Below, piece by piece: positions 25,762 to 32,624 of a DNA stretch of 64,000 bases; position 1 is the stretch's first letter; each line of letters starts with the position of its first letter. Below the pieces are notes generated by a model that saw nothing but the letters and a program-made list of their open reading frames with translations, made no database searches and was not told where the DNA came from. The stretch lies in IMG/VR virus record IMGVR_UViG_3300031576_000001, positions 1 through 64,000 of that record. One strand, 5' to 3'. Position numbers and translations under genes: made by a program.

Positions 25762-26208
25762 GTGAGTACCAGCAAGTGCTTCAAGTGTAAGTTGACCCTA
25801 CCTACAAGCGAGTTTTCCATTCGCCCCAACGGGAAGCCTACGAGCTACTGTAAAACTTGCCAACGGAGTGCATCTAAAGCCCACTACCAAGCAAACAAGA
25901 CAGCGCACAATCAACGGCGTTGGGCAAGTATTATAAAGTATCGTGATAACGTGACTTCTCACGTTATAAAGATCAAAGAAGGTAGTCCGTGTGTGGACTG
26001 CCACGAGTACCACCCGTACTGGGCTATGGACTTTGACCACCGCGACCCCGCAAACAAAGAGTTCTGTATAGGGCAAGCGGTAAACTTTGGCTACTCACTT
26101 AGTCGTGTGGACGCAGAGATCGCAAAGTGCGACCTTGTTTGCGCGCTGTGCCACAGGTACAGAACTTACGGTCAGCGCAGAAACTTCCGGGTTGTAGCCA
26201 AAAGGTGA
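25762..26208 (+). CDS. HNH-family homing endonuclease
   Basis: CFKC..CKTC zinc finger; CVDC...MDFDHRDP..K...EIAKCDLVCALCHR. Confidence 0.85.
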   Translation: MSTSKCFKCKLTLPTSEFSIRPNGKPTSYCKTCQRSASKAHYQANKTAHNQRRWASIIKYRDNVTSHVIKIKEGSPCVDCHEYHPYWAMDFDHRDPANKEFCIGQAVNFGYSLSRVDAEIAKCDLVCALCHRYRTYGQRRNFRVVAKR

Positions 26209-26259
26209 GGCACCTGTTTTGGGAACAGGTTAATGGCAGTTCGAGTCTGCTCAACCCGA
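26188..26259 (+). tRNA. tRNA-Pro(TGG)
   Basis: CCTGT-TTTGGGA-ACAGG; overlaps the HNH stop codon. Confidence 0.8.
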
Positions 26260-26271
26260 CTTACTATAGTA

Positions 26272-26335
26272 CAGCGTGTGCTCATGGTTACGGGAGTACA
26301 GGAACCAGGGGGTCCGATTCCCTCTACGCTGACCA
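26272..26335 (+). ncRNA. 64-nt truncated tRNA-like RNA (acceptor and T arm, CCA end, single middle hairpin)
   Basis: CAGCGTG/TACGCTG-ACCA; GGGGG-TCCGATT-CCCTC. Confidence 0.55.
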
Positions 26336-26447
26336 GGGTGCCTTTGCTAGTGGAGTGACCTCCCCCAACTCCAACCTCTGCTAGTGACTGCGCGCCCTAT
26401 TCTATACACATTAGGCTGGAACCCATCATTTCAGTCTAATGAGCTAA

Positions 26448-26520
26448 CCCGTTGAAGTCCTCTGGTGGGGACACCACATTGTCAATGTGGCCTTGGCGAG
26501 TTCAATTCTCGTCAGCGGGA
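26448..26520 (+). tRNA. tRNA-Asp(GTC)
   Basis: CCACA-TTGTCAA-TGTGG. Confidence 0.75.
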
Positions 26521-26676
26521 CTACCTGTACCCAACAGTCTCTTCCTACACGCTACTCTACTTCCTGGTTCGATTCCAGGGCACTGCACCTCACGGACAGC
26601 AGAGCTAGCCTAACGGTAAAGGCATTCGTTTTACCAACGGACACTCAACGGAGAGGCAACTCGGGCACGGTAACAT

Positions 26677-26756
26677 GCAGACGTGGTGTAACGGTAGCCA
26701 CGGTGGTCTTAGAAGCCACTGCCTAAAGCGTAGGGGTTCGACTCCCCTCGTCTGCA
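26677..26756 (+). tRNA. tRNA-Leu(TAG)
   Basis: GTGGT-CTTAGAA-GCCAC; variable arm present. Confidence 0.85.
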
Positions 26757-26781
26757 CAAGCCATCGGTGTAAGGTATTCAC

Positions 26782-27210
26782 ATGCAAGCTCTAGCGCTCA
26801 TCGTTTCCGTAGTGGCAGCCTTGGTTGTCATGGCGTTCGTTTCTGAGTCGGGTTCGAGGCTCCGCACGTTTAGTTTGGGGTGCCTCATGGCTCTCGGGGG
26901 CGTTCTCTTCTACGCCCTGCTCACGGTGTACCCCTTCATGGTGGGGTGGAACTGGCTCATGCCGGGGGTCTTTGGGTTGAAGACTCTGGACTTCTGGCAA
27001 GCCTTGGTGCTCATCCTCCTGGCGGGTGTGTTGTTCCACTCTGGGGCTGTTAGCACCAAGAGCGACTTAGGGTTTGTTAGACACAACCCCCTCTTTGCAA
27101 AGAGGGAACACGCTAACGTATTCCAACGGCAGAGAAAGCGGCCTCAGATACCGCAAAGTGTGGGTTCGAGTCCCACCGTTAGCACTGTGAGTCTGTTGGA
27201 AGACTACTAG
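26782..27210 (+). CDS. Small membrane protein
   Basis: Three hydrophobic segments; WNWLMPGVFGLKTLDFWQAL; GGTGTA 10 nt upstream; 3' end runs over a tRNA. Confidence 0.65.
   Translation: MQALALIVSVVAALVVMAFVSESGSRLRTFSLGCLMALGGVLFYALLTVYPFMVGWNWLMPGVFGLKTLDFWQALVLILLAGVLFHSGAVSTKSDLGFVRHNPLFAKREHANVFQRQRKRPQIPQSVGSSPTVSTVSLLEDY
27112..27184 (+). tRNA. tRNA-Leu(CAG), short variable arm
   Basis: GCGG(C)-CTCAGAT-(A)CCGC. Confidence 0.75.
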
Positions 27211-27302
27211 AAAGCAAGACCATTTGGGGGCGTGTATCCCGCATGCTCCCCCCCTCAGATCAAAACCAAAGCAAGGTGGTCCCCGGATAGAGTTTTCCTT
27301 CT

Positions 27303-27378
27303 GCTCCCGTCGTCTAAAGGTAGGTACACTGGGTTCTCAACCCAGAAATGGCGAGTTCAATTCTCCCCGGGAGTACCA
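27303..27378 (+). tRNA. tRNA-Glu(CTC)
   Basis: CTGGG-TTCTCAA-CCCAG; CCA end. Confidence 0.85.
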
Positions 27379-27388
27379 CACACAACTT

Positions 27389-27463
27389 GTCTCCGATGCT
27401 CAATGGAAGGGCGCGTGTCTACGGAACACGTATTTGAGAGTTCGAGTCTCTCCGGGGATGCCA
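27389..27463 (+). tRNA. tRNA-Arg(ACG)
   Basis: CGTGT-CTACGGA-ACACG; CCA end. Confidence 0.85.
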
Positions 27464-27470
27464 GACACAA

Positions 27471-27542
27471 GCCCTTACGGTGCGATGGACGCACACGACC
27501 CTCCGAAGGTCGTCCGTGTCGGTTCGATTCCGACTAGGGGCT
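27471..27542 (+). tRNA. tRNA-Arg(CCG)
   Basis: CGACC-CTCCGAA-GGTCG. Confidence 0.8.
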
Positions 27543-27588
27543 CTCTGCGGTGTATGTCAGCATTGGTTGGCAATACTCTTTCAGTCTT

Positions 27589-27675
27589 GGAACTTGACGG
27601 CTCAATGGTGAGGCCACTAGTCTTGAAAACTAGCTACACCCGAGAGGGTGAGGGGTTCGATTCCTCCTGGTTCCT
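27589..27675 (+). tRNA. tRNA-Ser(TGA)
   Basis: CTAGT-CTTGAAA-ACTAG; long variable arm. Confidence 0.85.
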
Positions 27676-27684
27676 CTGTGTGTT

Positions 27685-27770
27685 GGAAGGCAGAGCCTCA
27701 TGGTGAGGCGCGAGCGTGCTAAGCTCGGTCTAGTCCTCTTGGGACTGTGGTTCGATTCCACTACCTTCCG
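27685..27770 (+). tRNA. tRNA-Ser(GCT)
   Basis: CGAGC-GTGCTAA-GCTCG; long variable arm. Confidence 0.8.
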
Positions 27771-27773
27771 CAA

Positions 27774-27857
27774 GTGCGTAGTCACGAGAGACGGTTACTT
27801 CAACAAAACTGGTGAAATTACCCCCGCAAGGGGGACCGTAGCTCAACAATCTCGCAT
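27774..27857 (+). ncRNA. Y-RNA-like RNA
   Basis: GTGCG-T-AG-TCA..GACGGTTACTTC..GAA..CCCC-GCAA-GGGG..ACCGT..CT-CGCAT. Confidence 0.75.
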
Positions 27858-27865
27858 GATTCTAC

Positions 27866-27941
27866 GCTAGCGTAGCCCAACTAGGCAGAGGCAGCGCACT
27901 CAAAACGCGCAAAGGTGAGGGTCCGAGTCCCTCGGCTAGCA
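27866..27941 (+). tRNA. tRNA-Leu(CAA), short variable arm
   Basis: GCGC(A)-CTCAAAA-(C)GCGC. Confidence 0.75.
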
Positions 27942-27989
27942 CTCAAGACCACAGAGAGGGTGTCTTGTAGACGTACTCGCTCTGGTTTA

Positions 27990-28061
27990 GCTCCCATCGA
28001 CTACTGGCTAGGTTATCGGTTTTTCACACCGAGGGACGGAGATCGATACTCCGTGGGAGCA
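27990..28061 (+). tRNA. tRNA-Glu(TTC)
   Basis: TCGGT-TTTTCAC-ACCGA. Confidence 0.8.
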
Positions 28062-28066
28062 CTTTT

Positions 28067-28139
28067 GCCACGCTAGTCCTCTGGGGAGGGCGCTTGCTTT
28101 ACACGCAAGATTAGCAGGGTTCGATCCCCTGGCGTGGTA
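28067..28139 (+). tRNA. tRNA-Val(TAC)
   Basis: CTTGC-TTTACAC-GCAAG. Confidence 0.8.
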
Positions 28140-28182
28140 CCGAGAGGGGGGCACGGTGTTCCTGTGTAACTCTCTCGACTCT

Positions 28183-28255
28183 GGGTTCTGAGCCGCAAAG
28201 TGTGGCAGTGTGACTGTTAATCCACCGAAGCTGGGCGCGATTCCCAGAGAGCCCT
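28183..28255 (+). tRNA. tRNA-Asn(GTT), divergent
   Basis: Anticodon loop CTGTTAA; GGGTTCT/AGAGCCC acceptor. Confidence 0.6.
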
Positions 28256-28264
28256 CTGGTTACT

Positions 28265-28359
28265 GGTCCTTAAGTTGTACCCCCCTTGGTAACCCAAGCG
28301 TGGGGAGGGGACGCTTGCTGTAGTAGGCAAGGCAGGTTCGACCCCTGCGGGACCAACCA
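28265..28359 (+). ncRNA. Atypical tRNA-like RNA with an elongated D region; CCA end
   Basis: TGGTCCT/GGGACCA-ACCA; GCAGG-TTCGACC-CCTGC. Confidence 0.55.
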
Positions 28360-28366
28360 CTTTCAA

Positions 28367-28431
28367 TCCCAGGTCGTCTAAGGGTAAGGCGATTGACTTT
28401 GACTCGATGTCCCTGTGGGTTCGAGTCCCTC
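28367..28431 (+). pseudogene. tRNA-Gln(TTG) lacking the 3' acceptor strand
   Basis: ATTGA-CTTTGAC-TCGAT and the T arm are present, but there is no CCTGGGA; it abuts the HNH. Confidence 0.6.
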
Positions 28432-29122
28432 TACTCCTACTCGTTCCCGGTTTGCTTCGTAAGTGCGAACCCATTGGCGTATACAGTTATCAGAGACGCC
28501 GTACTTGACCCCGACTGCCACGAAAGAGGACTCCTCTATGTCTTTTTTCAGTGTATCAAAAGTAGGTCTAACCACCTTGCGTCTATGGAATTGTGGCTCT
28601 CTATTAGTGAAGAAGCATTTTCTACCACAGTACTTCTTCCCTAGTGGTGCTTGGTTGAAACATCTTTTGCTGGCGCACTTGGACCTCCTACGTTTACCGC
28701 AATGGGTGGGGAGCGTAGCGTTACAATTTGGGCATACAATGCGTAGGTTCTCCAACCTGTGGTCATTACGCACCCCATTGATCTGATCCAAGATTAGGGC
28801 CATTTTACATCCATTCCAAATCTCGCCTTGACCACAAAGCTCACACTCTCGTCTTTAGGCCCTCCTTGTACAACCTCTCCTTAATGTGTGTTGTGGTGTA
28901 CTTGCTCCCTTCTACAAGTATTTGTTCTATGGGGGCCGCAACAGGAATACAATTTCTCGTCCCGAAGTGAGACGTGTCTGCTCCTAGAGATTCGTAGTGT
29001 TCACGGACTTTCACTCTTGTCTTCATGCAACCCCTAGCAAATCCTAGCCGGTACATAACGTCTGAGAGAGACGAAGCAGCAGCTACTACTTTCAACAAGT
29101 CCTCGTCTGTGTATCGTGCCAT
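28378..29122 (-). pseudogene. Degenerate HNH homing endonuclease (frameshift near 28845; catalytic His apparently replaced by Gln)
   Basis: LKTRV* continues in another frame as ECELCGQGEIWNG...LILDQING..NDHRLENLRIVCPNC. Confidence 0.75.
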
Positions 29123-29136
29123 GTGTGCAGTATTAG

Positions 29137-29207
29137 TCCCGGTTCGTCTAACGGCAAGACAATTCGCTCTGAACGAAAGAACAGTGGTTCGATTCCATTA
29201 CCGGGAA
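29137..29207 (+). tRNA. tRNA-Gln(CTG)
   Basis: TTCG-CTCTGAA-CGAA. Confidence 0.85.
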
Positions 29208-29284
29208 CCGAGACCAGACCTCTCCTTCTACGAGGGGTCGGTGAGCTTTGGTGGCGCGTCACAGTGGCTTGCCAGGTCTCTCTT

Positions 29285-29355
29285 GGGGTTGTAAGTCAAC
29301 GGGAGACTGGTGCCCTTGCAAGGCACAAATGAGGGTTCGATTCCCTCCGACTCCA
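29285..29355 (+). tRNA. tRNA-Ala(TGC)
   Basis: GTGCC-CTTGCAA-GGCAC; G3-U70 pair. Confidence 0.85.
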
Positions 29356-29362
29356 CTAGTGC

Positions 29363-29433
29363 GCTGTGCTCGTCTAACGGTAAGCCGCCACATTGGTATT
29401 GTGGGAATTCGGGTTCAACTCCCGGGCACAGCT
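29363..29433 (+). tRNA. tRNA-Thr(GGT)
   Basis: CCACA-TTGGTAT-TGTGG. Confidence 0.85.
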
Positions 29434-29439
29434 CTCTTT

Positions 29440-29511
29440 GCGACATTGAGCCAAAGGCTGGTTACGACCTTGCCAAGGTCGGTTATGGGGGTTCGAGTCC
29501 CCCATGTCGCT
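29440..29511 (+). tRNA. tRNA-Gly(GCC)
   Basis: CGACC-TTGCCAA-GGTCG. Confidence 0.8.
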
Positions 29512-29512
29512 C

Positions 29513-29629
29513 AGGTCTCTGGCAGAAGCCAAGACACGCCAGGATTCTAGACACTTCTGGCGTGTCTCCGGTGGAAATTGCGCCCCCGTAGCTACGGGGT
29601 GTATACTGGTTCAAATCCAGTGGGGCCTA
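29513..29629 (+). ncRNA. tRNA-like RNA with two long non-canonical arms
   Basis: GGTCTC/GGGGCC acceptor; AGACACGCCAG/CTGGCGTGTCT stem; ACTGG-TTCAAAT-CCAGT T arm. Confidence 0.6.
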
Positions 29630-29634
29630 CTAAT

Positions 29635-29705
29635 GCGGCTCTCGTTCAAAGGCAGGATGAGAGTTTTCCAAACTCATGATCAGGGTTCGATTCCCTGGAG
29701 CCGCA
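29635..29705 (+). tRNA. tRNA-Gly(TCC)
   Basis: GAGT-TTTCCAA-ACTC. Confidence 0.8.
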
Positions 29706-29841
29706 CTCCATGAAACGTGCTCTCTTTTCATCGTGCAAAGGCCCTGCAAACCACAGCAACAAGGCTTGTGTCTGTGGGGCGCACTCTCGCAAGGCGCGTG
29801 ATAAGCGTCTACGGTGGTCCAGGGCGCGGGTTGTATCTGAA

Positions 29842-29913
29842 GGGGTTGTAGTCCAACGGAAAGACGCAGCGTCGGCAACGCTGAAATAGCGGGTTCGATT
29901 CCCCTCTACTCCA
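29842..29913 (+). tRNA. tRNA-Ala(GGC)
   Basis: CAGCG-TCGGCAA-CGCTG; G3-U70 pair. Confidence 0.75.
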
Positions 29914-30099
29914 CAACACAGGCGCACCAAAGTACACGGGGCGTGTGTGCAGTCCGTAAAGGCAGTAGGTAGGAGACTACTCATGTTCCTGCCCTGACGC
30001 GTTGGTACTCCGTACCTAACCAGGGTGTTGGCCCGTTCAATTCGGGTCTAGGGGGAGCGTGGACGTGTGGTGTAGGGCAGCACAGTACGGGCGAGTTTT

Positions 30100-30172
30100 T
30101 GACGTGGCGTCAAGGCTGACACAGCCGTCTGCAAAACGGCTTGACTATGGGGTTCGAGTCCCCTCTACGTCT
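30100..30172 (+). tRNA. tRNA-Cys(GCA)
   Basis: GCCGT-CTGCAAA-ACGGC. Confidence 0.75.
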
Positions 30173-30176
30173 CTCT

Positions 30177-30254
30177 GGGCATGGTCAGCGATTACTCAAA
30201 GTAAGGGAAGTCCTAAATCGCGTGGAGAGGGTGCGACTCCCTCCTTGTCCACCA
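30177..30254 (+). ncRNA. Atypical tRNA-like RNA with a CCA end
   Basis: GAGGG-TGCGACT-CCCTC T arm; ACCA end; no canonical anticodon arm. Confidence 0.5.
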
Positions 30255-30255
30255 C

Positions 30256-30633
30256 GGGGATGAATTGGCTTCGATCAGGGCTAAGCATTCTCACTCGCAG
30301 GCGCGCTTTTCCTGGCCGTAGCGCTAAAAGAAGCTGGGGACCGACAACTGCCAACGACAACGTTGAAGCTGCTCCTCTCGCCCTCGCGGCGTTAGGTGGT
30401 TGGGGTGGGCTAGATACCCTTAGTAACCCCCTCGACTCAAAAGTGACCAAGGGTGCGCTGCCCGACGACGCGCTGTAAGAGTAGGGTGGCTAAGAGCGAG
30501 TTTACAGACATGGCCAGGCGTGACCTTGGAAACCCACCTCTCAGGGGAGACTGTAGAGAGGAAAGCCTGTAAACATAGAGAGTGGGCGATCTTTACTCTG
30601 AGACCGCGGGATCGAACCCGCGCATCTCCACCA
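30256..30633 (+). ncRNA. ssrA: tmRNA
   Basis: GGGGATG..GGCTTCGA 5' end, CATCTCC-ACCA 3' end with G3-U70, T arm, and tag frame ANDNVEAAPLALAA from 30350. Confidence 0.95.
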
Positions 30634-30729
30634 ACTGTTTCGTAATTATGCGAAACGCCCCGTCACCTAGAGACCTTGTTTGGCAGTCGGTACCCGCGTT
30701 CCGACTCTCTTGGTGGCGGGTACCCTTTT

Positions 30730-30800
30730 GCCCCTGTAGCTCAATAGAAGAGCAGTAGCCTTGTAACCTACCGACGACGGTGCAATCCCGTCCTGGGGCT
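30730..30800 (+). tRNA. tRNA-Thr(TGT)
   Basis: GTAG(C)-CTTGTAA-(C)CTAC. Confidence 0.8.
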
Positions 30801-30808
30801 CTCAGAAT

Positions 30809-30880
30809 GGACTGCGACGGTCTGGTTGACCTGCGACAGCTTATATCTGTTTTGTCAGGGTTCAATTCCCTGGCAGTCCA
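30809..30880 (+). tRNA. tRNA-Ile(TAT)
   Basis: ACAG-CTTATAT-CTGT. Confidence 0.75.
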
Positions 30881-31182
30881 CTGTGCTCGTTTGGTTGTGA
30901 GGTCACGGTTGAAAGCACCGGAGTAGCTACCGGTTGAGTAAGCCGTGCCAGTAACAACCTGACTGTCGTGAACGTGACGATGGTTTAGTTGCCCCTCTTC
31001 GATGGGAGGTGTGCGGATCGAAGACGAGCACTTTTCTCGCTGTGCTAGTTCAAAAAGAAGAACTGCGGTCCCGTACCCCGCTAATGACAGTGCAAGTCTG
31101 TCGCACAGCTCCAAGGGTGAGCGTATCGACAATCACCTACAGGTACACCCCGCGAAGATCGCGTAGTGTGTGCGGTAAAGAA

Positions 31183-31255
31183 GCCCCTGTAGTCTAGTGG
31201 AACAGGCTACCGTTTCCTATACGGTCTTACGTAGGTTCGATTCCTACCAGGGGCG
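31183..31255 (+). tRNA. tRNA-Arg(CCT)
   Basis: ACCGT-TTCCTAT-ACGGT. Confidence 0.8.
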
Positions 31256-31476
31256 CACCAAAAAAGGTTTCAGTTGTTAAGTAGAGGTAGGAGGGTCATT
31301 GTGTTTATTCGGCGCGTTGAGTGGTTCTTGCAAACGGTTGACCCTGACGACCGCCTCAAATGGGTCTGCACGCTTGCTTACGTTAGCGTGTGGGTCATTG
31401 TGCTTGTGGCCCTATCCGCAGTACGTCTCATTGCGGACGCTTCTGACCGTCTCTCTGTCTGTCCCCGTGACTAGGG

Positions 31477-31719
31477 GTGATGCCTCGTCGCGCACGTACA
31501 CGACAGCCTGGGTCAAAGACCCTCAAGACAAGCAAGCTAGACGCGAAAACAGAGAGGTTGTCCGACAAGACAGCCCGATCCACCGAGGTAGCTAGGGTGC
31601 GTACCTTTCATCACAAGCTGGCAGACCTCTGGACTGAGATTGACCCGGATCTCATGCAGGCAACTTACGGACCTGACTGGCAATCCATTGTCCAAGAGGC
31701 TTTTCGCGCCGCTGAGTAG
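31477..31719 (+). CDS. Hypothetical protein
   Basis: 80-aa ORF. Confidence 0.45.
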   Translation: MMPRRARTRQPGSKTLKTSKLDAKTERLSDKTARSTEVARVRTFHHKLADLWTEIDPDLMQATYGPDWQSIVQEAFRAAE

Positions 31720-31751
31720 TGCGCCCGACCGTTCAGGTGTACCCTCTTTGC

Positions 31752-32051
31752 ATGGCTGAATACAAGTACAATAAACTCCACAGGCTTGAAAAGGTGCGTC
31801 GTGAGGCGAACCTGCCTCATGAGGGTAACCTGGGAAACAATGTGGCGCGTGCAGTGCTCTCGTGGGAGCGCCAAGATCGAAAGGGTCTAGGGCGCAAAGT
31901 CGTCTTCGTAGCCACCCTGGAGTGCGGTCATTTCGCCTTTCGGTCGAATGTACCTACAGAGGCACAACGTCTGGCTATGTGGTGCAGTAAGTGTCCCCCA
32001 TGCTCACCGCCAGTCGAGGGTGCTCTCAACCCGGACGTGGGTGATAAATGA
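31752..32051 (+). CDS. Hypothetical protein (LECGH..WCSKC zinc ribbon)
   Basis: GGTGTA 10 nt upstream of ATG 31752. Confidence 0.6.
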   Translation: MAEYKYNKLHRLEKVRREANLPHEGNLGNNVARAVLSWERQDRKGLGRKVVFVATLECGHFAFRSNVPTEAQRLAMWCSKCPPCSPPVEGALNPDVGDK

Positions 32052-32624
32052 GGGCACCTTGACCTTGTTGACGAGATTGATACCCATAGCCTCTTGGGAG
32101 GTAAGGAACCAATCGGAGCGCCCCCGTAGTTGGCTCTCATTCCACAGAAATCCCCGCTGGCAGCCTATGTTGCGCTCCATGATGCCCCACAGCTTTCTGT
32201 TGAGGCGTAGCACCTCGCGGGTAGCCAGACCCATCTCTTCAGCCTTACCCTCGGTAAAGCTGGCCACGTCGTGTAGCATGAGGGTGGCGTTGGGCGCTGC
32301 AAACCGGTAGCCCTCGCTACCGCACGAGAAGAGCACTGCCCCGCACGACATTGCCTTGCCCTCGACCACGGTGGCTATCTTCACCTTGGTTGACTTCAAG
32401 GCGTCAAGCATGGTCAGCAAGGCGTACACGTCCCCCCCGAAGGAGTTGATGACCACGGGGATGAGGGTTTGCTTTGCGGCTAGCGCCAGGTTCAAGTCCT
32501 CGATAAACCTCTTGGCGGCAAGCTCAGAGAAGCGCCTGACGTGGATAACCCTGGGGCGATTCAGGAAAAGCTCATTGGGGTCGCGAATGCGTATCTGTCT
32601 GTCTACCTGAAAGCGCTCAATCAT
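32004..32624 (-). CDS. clpP: ClpP-like protease
   Basis: INSFGG, AMSCG (Ser), LMLHD (His), SDWFLTSQEA (Asp). Confidence 0.9.
   Translation of the reverse strand: MIERFQVDRQIRIRDPNELFLNRPRVIHVRRFSELAAKRFIEDLNLALAAKQTLIPVVINSFGGDVYALLTMLDALKSTKVKIATVVEGKAMSCGAVLFSCGSEGYRFAAPNATLMLHDVASFTEGKAEEMGLATREVLRLNRKLWGIMERNIGCQRGFLWNESQLRGRSDWFLTSQEAMGINLVNKVKVPSFITHVRVESTLDWR

Noticed and set aside
29740-29830. c-di-GMP-I riboswitch-like GCAAACC...GGGGCGCA
   Set aside because: Only a partial resemblance; the tetraloop/receptor and a downstream gene are not evident.
22237-31197. Numerous short ORFs across the tRNA array
   Set aside because: They are shadow translations of tRNA and tmRNA sequence (recurring VRFP/GSIP peptides come from T loops).
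22700-31200. RNase P RNA or rRNA gene
   Set aside because: No GAGGAAAGTCC-type P4 signature or rRNA-conserved segments were recognised.
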